The notes: generated by a model not told the origin, from the sequence alone. A stretch of 64,000 nucleotides of DNA from Candidatus Omnitrophota bacterium (GCA_003141835.1 PLNR01000011.1:107804-171803), one strand, 5' to 3'. Counted from the stretch's first letter, positions 47,556 to 59,325 are shown. Numbers and translations are program-made.

Positions 47556-48455
47556 TTATCTCCTCTTTCTTGTCTTTAAGTAATCTTTCAGCGCTTCCCT
47601 GTAATGCCTTAACTCATACCCAAGTACCTTGTTTATCTTCAAATGGTCCAAAGCCGATAATTTCGGCCTCAAGGCCGTGCCGCCGGCTTCCTTGGCGGTT
47701 ATAGATACGATATCTGCTTTCAGCCCGCAAAGATCGGCTATCTCCCTCGCTAATTCGTAACGCGAACATACCCCCTCGTTGGAAATATTATAAATACCGG
47801 ACGGGGCTTTGCCCTGCATTATCTTCGCCGACAGGCCGGAAACGGCCTTCGCCAGGTCCAGCGTGTAGGTAGGGTTCCCGGATTTCTCCCCGACCGCCCT
47901 TATCCTGCCGCCTTTTTTGGCCGTTTCGACGACAGAATCCACGAAATTCTTTCCGCAGGAGCCGAACATCCAGCTCGAGCGTATTATGGCGTATTTCCCG
48001 ATATTCGACCTTACATAATCGTCGGCCGCAAGTTTCGAGAGCCCGTAGACGCTTACCGGGTCAGGGCTGTCGTCTTCCGTATAAGCCGACCCCTTCTCGC
48101 CGTCGAAGACGTAATCCGTGCCGATCTGTATAAATAACGCCCCGGCCTCTTCCGCCGCATCGGCCACGTTCTTGGCACCCTCGGCGTTTACCCTGAAGGC
48201 GTCTTCGGGATTGAGCTCGCAAAAATCGACATCGGCCAGCGCGGCCGCGTTTATGACCAGGTCAGGTTTGAGCTTGCGGACTGCCCTCGCTAAACCGTCC
48301 CTGTCGGTTATATCAGCCGCCAGCAGTTCTGAGGCGCGGTACTGTTTCGCCTCGCGCTTCCCGCGTGCCAGCCCGGCGACTTCGCCGGAGGCGGAAAATT
48401 CCCTGCAAAGATCGCACCCCAACATGCCTGTCGCGCCGGTAATAAGTACTTTCAA
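47556..48455 (-). CDS. rfbD: dTDP-4-dehydrorhamnose reductase
   Basis: TGATGMLG, NAAA--VD, TDYVFDG, YGLSK, NPT; within the rml cluster. Confidence 0.92.
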   Translation of the reverse strand: MKVLITGATGMLGCDLCREFSASGEVAGLARGKREAKQYRASELLAADITDRDGLARAVRKLKPDLVINAAALADVDFCELNPEDAFRVNAEGAKNVADAAEEAGALFIQIGTDYVFDGEKGSAYTEDDSPDPVSVYGLSKLAADDYVRSNIGKYAIIRSSWMFGSCGKNFVDSVVETAKKGGRIRAVGEKSGNPTYTLDLAKAVSGLSAKIMQGKAPSGIYNISNEGVCSRYELAREIADLCGLKADIVSITAKEAGGTALRPKLSALDHLKINKVLGYELRHYREALKDYLKTRKRR

Positions 48456-49456
48456 GTCTTGCCCTTATATTGTTTCGTGTAATATTTTTTGTACGCGCCC
48501 TTATGCTTTATCTTCATCCACCAGTCGCGATGCTCTTCGTACCACTTGACGGTCTTATCGAGAGCTTCCTTGAATGTGTGGTTCGGCTTCCATCCCATAT
48601 CCCTTAATTTTGAATCGTCGAGCGAATATCTCCTGTCGTGCCCAAGGCGGTCCTTTACGTATTCTATCATCAGCTTGTCGCCGCCTGCGGCCCTGATGAT
48701 ATCGTGCACCATCTCTATATTCATCATCTCGTACCCGCCGGCAATATTGTAGACCTCCCCTGCCGCGCCCTTGTTCAATACGAAATATATACCGTCGCAA
48801 TTATCCTCGACATAAAGCCAGTCGCGGACGTTCTTCCCGTCGCCGTAAAGGGGTATCTTATTCCCCTCGATGAGGTTCGTTATGCTCAGCGCGACGAACT
48901 TCTCCGGGTACTGGTAAGGCCCGAAATTATTCGAGCTGCGGGTTATGACCACCGGCAGGCCGAACGTGACGAAATACGCGCGGCACATGTGCTCGGCGGC
49001 GGCCTTGCTCGCCGAATACGGGCTGTTCGGGGCGAGGGCGCTGCCCTCGTTGAACGAGCCGTCCGCTATCGAGCCGTAAACCTCGTCGGTAGATATCTGT
49101 ATAAATTTGGATATGCCGTTCATCCTGGCCTTCTCGAGTAGGACGTTCGTGCCGAGGACATTCGACATTATGAACTCGTCTGCCCTGTGGATCGACCTGT
49201 CGACATGGCTCTCGGCCGCGAAATTCACGACGTAGTCGCAGCCCTTGATCGCCTTTTCCACGGCTTTATGGTCGCAGATGTCGCCTTTGATAAAGGTGTA
49301 GTTCTCATTCTTCTCGATATCTTTGAGGTTCTCGAGGTTGCCGGCGTAGCTCAATTTGTCGAGATTGACTATCTCGCAGCTCATGTTCTTATAGAGGACA
49401 TATCTTATGAAATTGGAGCCGATGAAACCGGCGCCGCCCGTGACTAGTATTCGCAT
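48452..49456 (-). CDS. rfbB: dTDP-glucose 4,6-dehydratase
   Basis: Start ATG 49456; [41 protein letters not shown]. Confidence 0.95.
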   Translation of the reverse strand: MRILVTGGAGFIGSNFIRYVLYKNMSCEIVNLDKLSYAGNLENLKDIEKNENYTFIKGDICDHKAVEKAIKGCDYVVNFAAESHVDRSIHRADEFIMSNVLGTNVLLEKARMNGISKFIQISTDEVYGSIADGSFNEGSALAPNSPYSASKAAAEHMCRAYFVTFGLPVVITRSSNNFGPYQYPEKFVALSITNLIEGNKIPLYGDGKNVRDWLYVEDNCDGIYFVLNKGAAGEVYNIAGGYEMMNIEMVHDIIRAAGGDKLMIEYVKDRLGHDRRYSLDDSKLRDMGWKPNHTFKEALDKTVKWYEEHRDWWMKIKHKGAYKKYYTKQYKGKT

Positions 49457-50196
49457 ATCTTCCTTTCCCCCTTGCACGGCTCCTTCTCGACCAGGCTGCC
49501 GGCGCGGAAGAGCGACTCGAAGGTCCCGCAGTCGGTCCACCAGCCGTCGAGGACGTCAAAGGTCATCTTGCCGGACCTTATGTACTCGTTATTGACATCG
49601 GTTATCTCCAGCTCGCCCCTCTTCGAGGGCTTAAGCGGCCTTATGATATCGAAGACCTTCGGGTCGTACATATATATGCCGGTCACTGCGAGGTCGGATT
49701 TCGGCTTTTTCGGCTTCTCTTCGATATTTATTATCTTCTTTCCCTTGATCTCGGCCACGCCGAAGCGCCCCGGGTCCTGCACTTTCTTCAAGAGCACCTT
49801 CGCCCCGGACGGCTGCCTCCTGAAATCCTGCACGTATTTCTTGATGCTCTTCTCGATGAGGTTGTCCCCCAGGATCACGACGATCTTATCGCCGTGGGCG
49901 AAGTGTTCCGCGAGGCCGAGCGCTTCCGCGATGCCGCCTTCGCCGCGCTGGTACGTATAATTTATGTGTTTCAGGCCGAATTCCGAGCCGTTCCCCAGAA
50001 GCCTCAGGAAGTCACCGGCGTTATTGCCGCCGGTCACTATGAGGATATCTTCTATTCCCGCGTCGACAAGCGTCTGGATAGGATAATATATCATGGGTTT
50101 GCAGTAGACCGGCAGAAGGTGCTTGTTGGTTATGCGGGTCAAGGGGTCCAGCCTCTTGCCCAGCCCGCCGGCCAGTATCACTCCTCGCATGGCCAT
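49444..50196 (-). CDS. rfbA: Glucose-1-phosphate thymidylyltransferase (short SpsI/RmlA type)
   Basis: ILAGGLG-RL-PLT---NKHLLPVY, LGDN, EEKP, RGELEITD; start ATG 50196 (TAATG overlap). Confidence 0.92.
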   Translation of the reverse strand: MAMRGVILAGGLGKRLDPLTRITNKHLLPVYCKPMIYYPIQTLVDAGIEDILIVTGGNNAGDFLRLLGNGSEFGLKHINYTYQRGEGGIAEALGLAEHFAHGDKIVVILGDNLIEKSIKKYVQDFRRQPSGAKVLLKKVQDPGRFGVAEIKGKKIINIEEKPKKPKSDLAVTGIYMYDPKVFDIIRPLKPSKRGELEITDVNNEYIRSGKMTFDVLDGWWTDCGTFESLFRAGSLVEKEPCKGERKICEY

Positions 50197-50642
50197 TATT
50201 TCCTCCAATCGTAAGGTATATCGTTATCGTACGCGTCTATCCTGAGTTCGTCCGGCTCCTTAGGGTTATACGCCATCGTCGGTATGTTGACGATCATCGA
50301 TTCAATATCTGCGACGCACTTGAAACCGTGGTAGACGCCCTTCGGTATCTTGACGACGAACGGGTCCTCGAGCGACAGGATGAACTCGTTCACCTCGCCC
50401 TTGGTCTTCGACCCGTCCCTGGCGTCGTAAAGGCCGAGGCGTATCTTTCCCTGCAAGCAGACGAAATGATCGTCCTGTTTCTTATGGAAATGCCACGCCT
50501 TTACCACTCCAGGGAAAGCGGTCGTGAAATACGCCTGCCCGAACTTTTCGAAGATCTCGTCATCGCAGCGCATGATCTCCATGAGCTTTCCGCGGTCATC
50601 CGGGATTATCTTAAGCTTCTTTATCTTCACTCCGTCGATCAT
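50196..50642 (-). CDS. rfbC: dTDP-4-dehydrorhamnose 3,5-epimerase family
   Basis: DDRG, GVVKAWHFH, IPKGVYHGF. Confidence 0.9.
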   Translation of the reverse strand: MIDGVKIKKLKIIPDDRGKLMEIMRCDDEIFEKFGQAYFTTAFPGVVKAWHFHKKQDDHFVCLQGKIRLGLYDARDGSKTKGEVNEFILSLEDPFVVKIPKGVYHGFKCVADIESMIVNIPTMAYNPKEPDELRIDAYDNDIPYDWRK

Positions 50643-51967
50643 TAGGATGCCCTCCCTATGCAGGTATACCTGAAACCGAGCTCCTTCATCTTCTTGGGAT
50701 CGTATAAGTTCCTGCCGTCGATGACGACCGGATGCTTGAGAAGTTTTTTGACTTTTTTAAGGTCGAGCTCCTTGAATTCGTTCCATTCCGTCACTATCAC
50801 GGCGCAATCGGCGCCTTTTACCGCGTCATAAGGCCCCTTGCAGAATTTTACCTTCCCGAGTTCGGGCAAGCGCTTCGCCTTATCCATGGCCTGCGGGTCG
50901 TACGCCCTTATCGCGGCCCCTTCGCTTATGAGCTTTTCTATTATACTGACCGAAGGCGCGAACCTCATGTCATCGGTATTGGGCTTGAACGCCAGCCCGA
51001 GGACCGCGATCGACTTGCCCTTGATGTTCCATAACGCCCTCTCTATCTTCCCTATGAGGAGCATCTTCTGTTTTTCGTTCACCCTCTTTACCGCTTTAAG
51101 CAGTTCAAAATCGTATCCGACCTTCTCGGATATATGGATGAAGGCTTCTATGTCCTTCGGGAAACAAAAACCGCCGAAACCTATGCCGGCGTTCAGGAAC
51201 GCCCTGCCTATCCTTTTATCGAAACCCATGCCCCTGGCGACTTCCTCGATGTCCGCGCCGGATTTCTCGCAGACATTCGCCACGGCATTGATGAACGATA
51301 TCTTCGTCGCCAAAAACGAGTTCGACGCGTGCTTTATCATCTCCGCGCTGTTTATGTTGGTAACGATTATCTCGGCGCCGAGCGGCCTGTAGAGCTCAAG
51401 GAGCATCTCCTTCGCCTTCTTGCTCTCAACCCCTATTATTATCCTGTCGGGATGCATGAAATCCTCTATGGCAGATCCTTCCCTTAAAAATTCCGGGTTA
51501 GAGGCCACGTCGAATTTGACGCCCTTGCGCGCGTTAGCCTCGAGCACCCGTTTTATCCACTGGCCGGTCTCGACCGGGGTGGTCGATTTCTCGACGACGA
51601 GGTGGTACGAGGTCATATAGCGGGCGATGCCCTCGGCGACCGCTTCGATATGCGTAAGGTCGGCTTCGCCGTTATCTTTCGGGGGAGTGCCTACCGCGAT
51701 AAATATGATACCGCTCTTTCCCACAGCGTCCTTGAGGTTCGTGGAGAAAACTATCCTCTTCTCCTTGCGGTTCCTTTTTAGGAGGTCCTCTAGGCCGGGC
51801 TCGTAGATCGGCACCATGCCCCGGTTAAGTTTCGATATCTTGGCCTTGTCTATATCGACGCATATGACATCGTTCCCGAGGTCGGCGAGGCACGCGGCCG
51901 TCACCAGACCCACATATCCCGCCCCTATCACAGTTATTCTCATATTTTCACCATTTTTTTCATTCAT
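50642..51967 (-). CDS. ugd: UDP-glucose 6-dehydrogenase
   Basis: GAGYVG, AVGTP, SNPEFLREG, KHASNSFLA, GFGGFCFPKD. Confidence 0.95.
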   Translation of the reverse strand: MNEKNGENMRITVIGAGYVGLVTAACLADLGNDVICVDIDKAKISKLNRGMVPIYEPGLEDLLKRNRKEKRIVFSTNLKDAVGKSGIIFIAVGTPPKDNGEADLTHIEAVAEGIARYMTSYHLVVEKSTTPVETGQWIKRVLEANARKGVKFDVASNPEFLREGSAIEDFMHPDRIIIGVESKKAKEMLLELYRPLGAEIIVTNINSAEMIKHASNSFLATKISFINAVANVCEKSGADIEEVARGMGFDKRIGRAFLNAGIGFGGFCFPKDIEAFIHISEKVGYDFELLKAVKRVNEKQKMLLIGKIERALWNIKGKSIAVLGLAFKPNTDDMRFAPSVSIIEKLISEGAAIRAYDPQAMDKAKRLPELGKVKFCKGPYDAVKGADCAVIVTEWNEFKELDLKKVKKLLKHPVVIDGRNLYDPKKMKELGFRYTCIGRAS

Positions 51968-54234
51968 TAACCCGGAGGCAAAGTGGAACCGAACATCGGC
52001 GGATTGTAATTCTGCTGGAATTCGAAAGGCATCTCCGGGAAAGCCTTGAGCCGCAGCGCGAACATGAAAGTGGCCCCGTGGTCCTGCGAAAAGTTACAGA
52101 TGAAATCCCCGATCCAGCAATGCAGGTCGCGGCTGATCCTGTATTCCTGCTCGGCAACCTGGTTTATGACCTTAACCCCGGACCTGAATGCCTTCAGATC
52201 GACCCTCTCGTAAGCGGTGATCTTCCATTTCTCGGTAAGGTTGAACATCAACTGCCCTTCCAACTGGCTGTAGACCTCATCCTGCCACCTGTATCCCGCG
52301 CCCCAGCTCCATTTCTTCCGGGTCAGGTCCGTGTATACCGTACCCCTGAGGTCCGGGTTGTCGAGGTTATATTCCGGGTCTCCGACGATATTGAAAGTAA
52401 ACGACTTGAATCCCGAAGAATGCTGGTCGTACGATGTGGTCGAGAGGATCCTCATCCAGTTATACGGCTTTGACTCGAAGAGGAAATCGTAATTTCCGAC
52501 CTTGCCCTTCCTCTTGTCCCCGGCCCTGAAATTGTAATTGGTGCTCGCTATCAATCTCGCGATATCGACAGTCTGCATCACCCCTCCTACCATCCTCTTC
52601 GTCTGGAGTTTGTTTTCCAGGGAAGGCGTTATGACGTTGCTGAAGTCGAGGGAGTCTATCGTATCGAACTGGGCCAGGTTACCGGGACGGAACGTGGGCC
52701 TGTGTGCATAAAAATAACTGACCGTCGGGGAGATCACGTGCCTGAGGTTGTTTATCTCCATATTTAACATGCTTGACTTGATGTCATATGTCTTATAGAA
52801 GCGGGTGTTGAGGTCGATGCCCGTGAAAAAATTCCCGCGGATGAAATTGGTGTTATCCCCTGTCATGTCCCTGCTGTAATATGTCTGTTCCGTGCCGGAG
52901 AAAGGCCTGATGCCCAGCCAACCTAAAATATTCGACTGGTATGAGAGCTGGTTCCTTGTATCCACCCTGTTGACGCTGGAAACACCGTTGATCGGCGCGG
53001 GATCCAGTTTATTGATATTGGCGGCCTGGGCGCTGCCGTCATAATAAAAATTCGTCTGGCCGATCTGCAGGCTGCGCGTCTGGAATTGCACCTGGGGCAG
53101 GTATTCTACGACGGCATCGAAGCGGTTTACGCGAGGCTGCACCAAGAGGCTTGTGGTGTAAAATTCATCGGTCCTTATGAGGGAAGCATAGTTGTTGTTG
53201 ACCATGTCCCGCTGGTAATCTTTGATATAATAATCCTTGATGACGTTGGCGTCGGACAGCTTGTTGTATTCCAGGATCCCGCTGGTCGCCTTGTCAGGCT
53301 GCCATTTATGCCTCAACTGCACCCTATAGCGGTCGATATCCTTGCCGCTTGCCGAATCCCCTTGCTGGTCCGGGCGCGAACTCCAGATGTGCTGTTTCCG
53401 CTCGTCAAAATAATTAGCCCTTAAGACGCCGCTCCCGTAATTGTCGGTATCGTAATTGGTGGTAATACCGTAAGCAAAATCCCTTAATTCCCTGTAGTCG
53501 ATGTTTATCTTGCCCCTTATCTTGTCGTTCAGGTAATATTTCCAGGAAGTCAGGAGGAAATAGCCCCAGTCCGCGTTATGGCCCGGGATGACAGAGACCG
53601 GGGGACGGTGGTCCTTTAACGGGATGCTAATGTAGGGGAAATAAAATACCGGGATCTCTCCCACCAGGACCATGATATTATTCGCGGTCACCCTCTCGCC
53701 GAGGTAGACGTTCAATTGCTTGGCCTGGACCCTGTAATGCGGATGCTCCTTGTCACAGGTCGTAACGTAGCCTTGTTTCATGTAATAATGGTTTTGGTCC
53801 TGCTTTTCGGCTTTCTCCCCGCCGCCGTAATAAGTGGGGTCTATGAAGACGCGGGGTTTGACCAGCGTCCCTGTCTTCGTCTCGACATTATAGACCATGC
53901 TTTCGCCCTTGAGGAAATCCTTGCCCTGGGTCAGGTTGACGTCGCCTTCGGCCAGGACCTCCTTGGTATCGGTGTGGAAGATCGCCTTCTTGCAGGTCAA
54001 TTTCGCGTCCTGGTAAGTTATGACGACATTGCCGTTCGCGACCGCGGTCATGTCCGTCTCGGAATATTCCACAGTATCGCCGTTTATTACCACCGGCTCT
54101 TTAGTGTTCTTGTCGACTTTGATAGCGGGAAGACTCGGCTCCGCCGCTCCCCCGAAATTGGAAGCAGAGGCTGACCACGGGAATATGGCGGTCATCATTA
54201 CGGTTAAAACAATAATTGAAAAATTACGGATCAA
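51967..54234 (-). CDS. LptD/OstA-like outer-membrane LPS assembly protein
   Basis: Signal peptide, N-terminal beta-jellyroll (A-GNV), TTCD--HPHY, P-FYFPY, beta-strand-rich C-terminus with RDLHCW. Confidence 0.8.
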   Translation of the reverse strand: MIRNFSIIVLTVMMTAIFPWSASASNFGGAAEPSLPAIKVDKNTKEPVVINGDTVEYSETDMTAVANGNVVITYQDAKLTCKKAIFHTDTKEVLAEGDVNLTQGKDFLKGESMVYNVETKTGTLVKPRVFIDPTYYGGGEKAEKQDQNHYYMKQGYVTTCDKEHPHYRVQAKQLNVYLGERVTANNIMVLVGEIPVFYFPYISIPLKDHRPPVSVIPGHNADWGYFLLTSWKYYLNDKIRGKINIDYRELRDFAYGITTNYDTDNYGSGVLRANYFDERKQHIWSSRPDQQGDSASGKDIDRYRVQLRHKWQPDKATSGILEYNKLSDANVIKDYYIKDYQRDMVNNNYASLIRTDEFYTTSLLVQPRVNRFDAVVEYLPQVQFQTRSLQIGQTNFYYDGSAQAANINKLDPAPINGVSSVNRVDTRNQLSYQSNILGWLGIRPFSGTEQTYYSRDMTGDNTNFIRGNFFTGIDLNTRFYKTYDIKSSMLNMEINNLRHVISPTVSYFYAHRPTFRPGNLAQFDTIDSLDFSNVITPSLENKLQTKRMVGGVMQTVDIARLIASTNYNFRAGDKRKGKVGNYDFLFESKPYNWMRILSTTSYDQHSSGFKSFTFNIVGDPEYNLDNPDLRGTVYTDLTRKKWSWGAGYRWQDEVYSQLEGQLMFNLTEKWKITAYERVDLKAFRSGVKVINQVAEQEYRISRDLHCWIGDFICNFSQDHGATFMFALRLKAFPEMPFEFQQNYNPPMFGSTLPPG

Positions 54235-54246
54235 GTGTCTCTCCGG

Positions 54247-55227
54247 TTATTTACAGCGGCCTCGGGTCTCGGGGTTGAAAAAAAGCGCTGCGGCGCCGAT
54301 GATCCCGGCGTCGTTTCCGAGTTTCGCCTTGAGGATCTTTACGGTTTTACCCGGAACGGGTAAAGCCCTCTCGTTCACCGTTTTCCTGATTGACTTGAAC
54401 AAAAATTCTCCCGCGTCAGCGACCCCGCCCCCGATTATTATACGCTCGGGATTAAGGAGGTTCACTATGCCTGCCAGCGTAACACCTATCCTTTCACCCA
54501 CTGTATCCCAAAAATCTATCGAAAGCCTGTCGCGCTTTTGCGCTGCTTTACTTATGACCTCCGGCGTCAAGGCCGAGAGATCGCCGTTTACAAGTTTCTT
54601 TATGATCGTCGGGCTGCCGCGGCGTATCTTCGCTTTAAGCTCATCGACGATATACCTGTTGCCGACGTAGCGCTCCAGGCATCCGTAGCTTCCGCAGCCG
54701 CACGGCAAACCTTCTTCCTTAAGCGGCATATGGCCTACTTCCCCTGCGGAAAAAGAGGAACCCCTGTAAAGGTCTCCGCCGATTATTATCCCGCCGCCGA
54801 CGCCTGTCCCCAAAGTGATGCAGACGAGGTTCTCCGCGCCCTTGCCTGCGCCGAACCTGCTTTCGCCGAGCGCCATCAGGTTGACGTCGTTGTCTACAAG
54901 GACGGGAAGGCCAAGCTTAGCCTCAAGCATTTTCTTGAGGGGCGTATCCTTCCATCCCGGGACATTCGTCAGGTAGTAGACGTGCCCTCGCCTGAAATCC
55001 ACGATACCGGGGACGCCTATGCCCACACCCAGCACTTTTTTAGGTGAAAGGCGCGCTTTCCCCAACACTGCCATTACCTCGGCGACAATGGCGCCTACCA
55101 ACCCTGCCCTTGTGCCGTAAGCGGTTGTGGACAATTTTGACCTATGGGAGACCCTTCCGTTCGTATCTACAAGGGCCAGCTTGGTATAGGTGCCTCCGAG
55201 GTCTATTCCGATTGCGAATTTAGTCAT
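54247..55227 (-). CDS. ROK-family kinase (glucokinase-like)
   Basis: GIDLGGT, GIGVPG, DNDVN, TLGTGVGGG, GEVGH, CGCGSYGCLE. Confidence 0.93.
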   Translation of the reverse strand: MTKFAIGIDLGGTYTKLALVDTNGRVSHRSKLSTTAYGTRAGLVGAIVAEVMAVLGKARLSPKKVLGVGIGVPGIVDFRRGHVYYLTNVPGWKDTPLKKMLEAKLGLPVLVDNDVNLMALGESRFGAGKGAENLVCITLGTGVGGGIIIGGDLYRGSSFSAGEVGHMPLKEEGLPCGCGSYGCLERYVGNRYIVDELKAKIRRGSPTIIKKLVNGDLSALTPEVISKAAQKRDRLSIDFWDTVGERIGVTLAGIVNLLNPERIIIGGGVADAGEFLFKSIRKTVNERALPVPGKTVKILKAKLGNDAGIIGAAALFFNPETRGRCK

Positions 55228-55237
55228 TAAGTAGATA

Positions 55238-55266
55238 ATTTTAACTCAAAAACGGCCATTTTTCAA
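55238..55266 (-). promoter_or_regulatory. sigma70 promoter upstream of the ROK-lptD-nucleotide-sugar operon
   Basis: TTGAAA (55266-55261), 17 nt, TAAAAT (55243-55238), 10 nt before the ATG. Confidence 0.7.
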
Positions 55267-55290
55267 TATAATTCAGCCCAAAATCCCGTC

Positions 55291-56736
55291 CTAAGGCCAT
55301 ATTACGGCCCTATTCCTTCCGGCTTCTTTCGCCTTATAAAGGGCCTGGTCTGCCCGGTCTATAAGCGTCGCCACATCATCGCCGGTCTCCGGAAAAGTCG
55401 CCACGCCGATGCTTATCGTCATCGATATCGTCTCGTCGTAAGCCCTGAATTTATGCTTTTCCACGGACATCCTTATCCTGTCCGCGACGTTGAGGGCAGA
55501 ATTCTTGTCGGTATCGGGCAGAGCTATAACGAACTCCTCACCGCCGTATCTTCCTATGAGGTCGACCTGCCGCACGTATTCCTTCATTATCCTGGATATC
55601 TCCTTGAGCACGATATCCCCTACGAGGTGGCCGTACGTATCGTTGCACTGCTTAAAATGGTCAAGGTCTATCATGAGGAGCGAAAGCTTGAGGTTGTGCC
55701 TCTTCGAACGCGCGACCTCTTCGTTGAGCCTCTCTATGAAATGCCGCCTTACGTATATGGCGGTCAAACCGTCCGTTATCGCGAGTTCCTGGATCTTTTC
55801 ATACAGGCTTATCTTCTTGAGCTCGAGCGCCAGCTGTTCCGCGAGGATCGAGAAACTCTCGGTGTGTTCAGCTTCGACGCCCAGTATTGCAAGCATGCCT
55901 AAGGGCACTCCCTCCGAAAGCAGGGGCAGCGCGATGAACGACCTGTCCAATCCTCCGAGGAAAGGGGCGAAAGGATGGCCCTTTTCGACCGGCGCCTTGA
56001 GCGATATCGCTACTTTGCCGGCCGAGACCGTTTCCGCCAGTACCTGGTCGAACTTGTCCGGAGGGCCGCTGCGGATCTCAGTTGAGGATAACTTACCCCT
56101 GGACGGGTTGTGTATCTCATAAGTTATGCGGGCCATGTGCTTGTGATGGGATTCATCCAGCAATATGACCCTGGCGGTGACGAATTTGGAGATCTTGCTG
56201 ACCGCCTCCCTGAATATCTTGAGCATCTCAGCCATATCGAGGGACGCGCTCATCTTCTTGGTCACCTCGTAGAGATCGAGGATATCGTGGACCTGGTTCT
56301 GCAAAGAAACGTTCACGACCTTTATGGCCTTGAGCTCGCTCGTGAACTCGTCATATGACCTGTTCTCGTTGGCAAACGCCGAATTCTTTGAAGCGAAATA
56401 GTCGGCGTATTTTTTATTGAAATACGAAGGTACGAGGGGGACGAGGTTCAAGAACGCGATCGAGGCGAAATAAGGCAGCTCGAATCCCCTGTTGAAGAAC
56501 ATCATGACTATGGTGAAAACGGTCACGCAGCCCGATATCATATACGACACCGCCAACCCGAACTCAAATGCCGCGGCTATTATCGCTATAAGCGAAAAAT
56601 TAAGCGTGAAGACATATATGTGCGCCGGCCTGCCGATGCAGTAAAGCGGCGGTATGAGGGCAAGGATGAAGAATACGGGAAGGACTCCCTTCTTGGACAG
56701 GGCCCATTTGTTCGGGGATATGTTCAGGCGAGGCAT
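55291..56736 (-). CDS. Membrane-bound GAF-GGDEF diguanylate cyclase
   Basis: N-terminal TM helices, coiled coil, GAF, AITDGLT, DLDHFK, RQVD I-site, RYGGEEF. Confidence 0.92.
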   Translation of the reverse strand: MPRLNISPNKWALSKKGVLPVFFILALIPPLYCIGRPAHIYVFTLNFSLIAIIAAAFEFGLAVSYMISGCVTVFTIVMMFFNRGFELPYFASIAFLNLVPLVPSYFNKKYADYFASKNSAFANENRSYDEFTSELKAIKVVNVSLQNQVHDILDLYEVTKKMSASLDMAEMLKIFREAVSKISKFVTARVILLDESHHKHMARITYEIHNPSRGKLSSTEIRSGPPDKFDQVLAETVSAGKVAISLKAPVEKGHPFAPFLGGLDRSFIALPLLSEGVPLGMLAILGVEAEHTESFSILAEQLALELKKISLYEKIQELAITDGLTAIYVRRHFIERLNEEVARSKRHNLKLSLLMIDLDHFKQCNDTYGHLVGDIVLKEISRIMKEYVRQVDLIGRYGGEEFVIALPDTDKNSALNVADRIRMSVEKHKFRAYDETISMTISIGVATFPETGDDVATLIDRADQALYKAKEAGRNRAVIWP

Positions 56737-58220
56737 ATCTTGTTGCCTCCGCTCTTTTTGGCTTCATAGAGGGCCGCATCAGCCGACCTGATGATCTCAT
56801 CCCTCGATACCGCGTCTTCCGGCACCGCGGCGCAGCCGATCGAGACTGTGACGTGGGTCTCTACCTGCCTAAGGATGAATTTTTCGGTCTCTATTTTTTT
56901 CCGTATCTCCTCGCCCAGCTTCTGCGCGACGGCTTTGTCTTTTCCGAAGAGAAGGATGACGAACTCCTCCCCTCCGTACCTGGCCGCGATATCGCCGATC
57001 TCCAGCGAGCCCTTGAGCAGGCCTCCGATCGACTTGAGGACTATGTCGCCGGCTATATGGCCGTATTTGTCGTTATAGCCCTTGAAGCCGTCTATATCGA
57101 ACATGAGCAGCGAGAGCGGCTGTTTTATCCGGACCGCCTTCACGATATCTTCCGCTAACCTGTCCTTGAAATACCTCTGGCAGTAGAGCCCGGTCAACCC
57201 GTCGCTTATAGCGAGCTCTTCGATACGGTGATAGAGCTTTGCGTTCTCGAGCGCGATAGCCGCGAGGTCGGAGATGATAGTGAGCAGCCTCAGGTCATCT
57301 GATATGTAAGCCTCGGCCTCGCTGCTTTCGACCCTCAGGATCCCGATGACCTTCTTCTCGGAAATAAGCGGCGCGGCGATCAGGGACTTGAAATCACGCC
57401 TGAACTCGACGGGTATCAGGTCAAGGTTGAACCTGAAATCCTTATCCGCGTCCGATACCATGAGCGGCTGCCTCTGTTTCAGGACCCATATATCGAAGAT
57501 GTCGCCTTTTTTCGATTTGACTGATACGGCGCCTTCATTGCCCCTGGCCGCTTTAAGGGCCAGCTCGTGGGCATCCTCGTCCACCAAAAAGAGGATGGAC
57601 GCGTCCGCCTTCTCGACCAGGTCGCTGACGTTATCTATTACTATATTCACCACCGAATCGAGAGACAATGTCGAGCTGAGCTTGCCTGTGAGATCTTTCA
57701 GGATAGCGTACCTTACGACCTTCTCCTTAAGCGCCTCGTTCGTCCCCTTCATGGAGGAATGTTCGGCCTCGAGGGCGTTCTTCTCCTCCTCAAGCGTGTC
57801 TATCTGCCTGTCTATGGAAAGCGCGTACGAGACCATGCTGTTCTTGAAGATGGACACGAAGAGGCCGACGACGAAAAAAATAAGTATCTGCATGTTCATG
57901 TTGGGGGTATGGATATTACCGGCCGCGGCGATCCTGGATGCGGAGATAACTTCTACGGAAGTGGTTATGTTGGTGTTGGTGACGAGCGAAACGAAAAGCG
58001 TGAGTATCGACGAGAGGGCTACGAATATCCAGAGGCCCCATTCCCCGAAAGCGACCCACGCCAGGAGTATGAGGACATTAAGGAGTATGATAAGCGAACT
58101 TATCAGCCCGTAGACCCAGTATTGCACCGGGTAACGATGGCAGGCCGAGATTATCAAGGAAGAAATGAGGAGAAAACCTGCTATCGCAAGTATTCCTGAA
58201 ACAAGCTTTTCCTTTTTCAA
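56724..58220 (-). CDS. Membrane-bound GAF-GGDEF diguanylate cyclase
   Basis: TM helices, coiled coil, GAF, AISDGLT, DIDGFK, RYGGEEF; no RxxD I-site. Confidence 0.92.
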   Translation of the reverse strand: MKKEKLVSGILAIAGFLLISSLIISACHRYPVQYWVYGLISSLIILLNVLILLAWVAFGEWGLWIFVALSSILTLFVSLVTNTNITTSVEVISASRIAAAGNIHTPNMNMQILIFFVVGLFVSIFKNSMVSYALSIDRQIDTLEEEKNALEAEHSSMKGTNEALKEKVVRYAILKDLTGKLSSTLSLDSVVNIVIDNVSDLVEKADASILFLVDEDAHELALKAARGNEGAVSVKSKKGDIFDIWVLKQRQPLMVSDADKDFRFNLDLIPVEFRRDFKSLIAAPLISEKKVIGILRVESSEAEAYISDDLRLLTIISDLAAIALENAKLYHRIEELAISDGLTGLYCQRYFKDRLAEDIVKAVRIKQPLSLLMFDIDGFKGYNDKYGHIAGDIVLKSIGGLLKGSLEIGDIAARYGGEEFVILLFGKDKAVAQKLGEEIRKKIETEKFILRQVETHVTVSIGCAAVPEDAVSRDEIIRSADAALYEAKKSGGNKICLA

Positions 58221-58221
58221 G

Positions 58222-59325
<1,104 letters not shown>

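Noticed and set aside
49457-49540. N-terminal extension of RfbB (similar cases at 4316-4339, 9067-9123, 34517-34558)
   Set aside because: Longest-ORF artefacts overlapping upstream genes; downstream starts match the family N-termini
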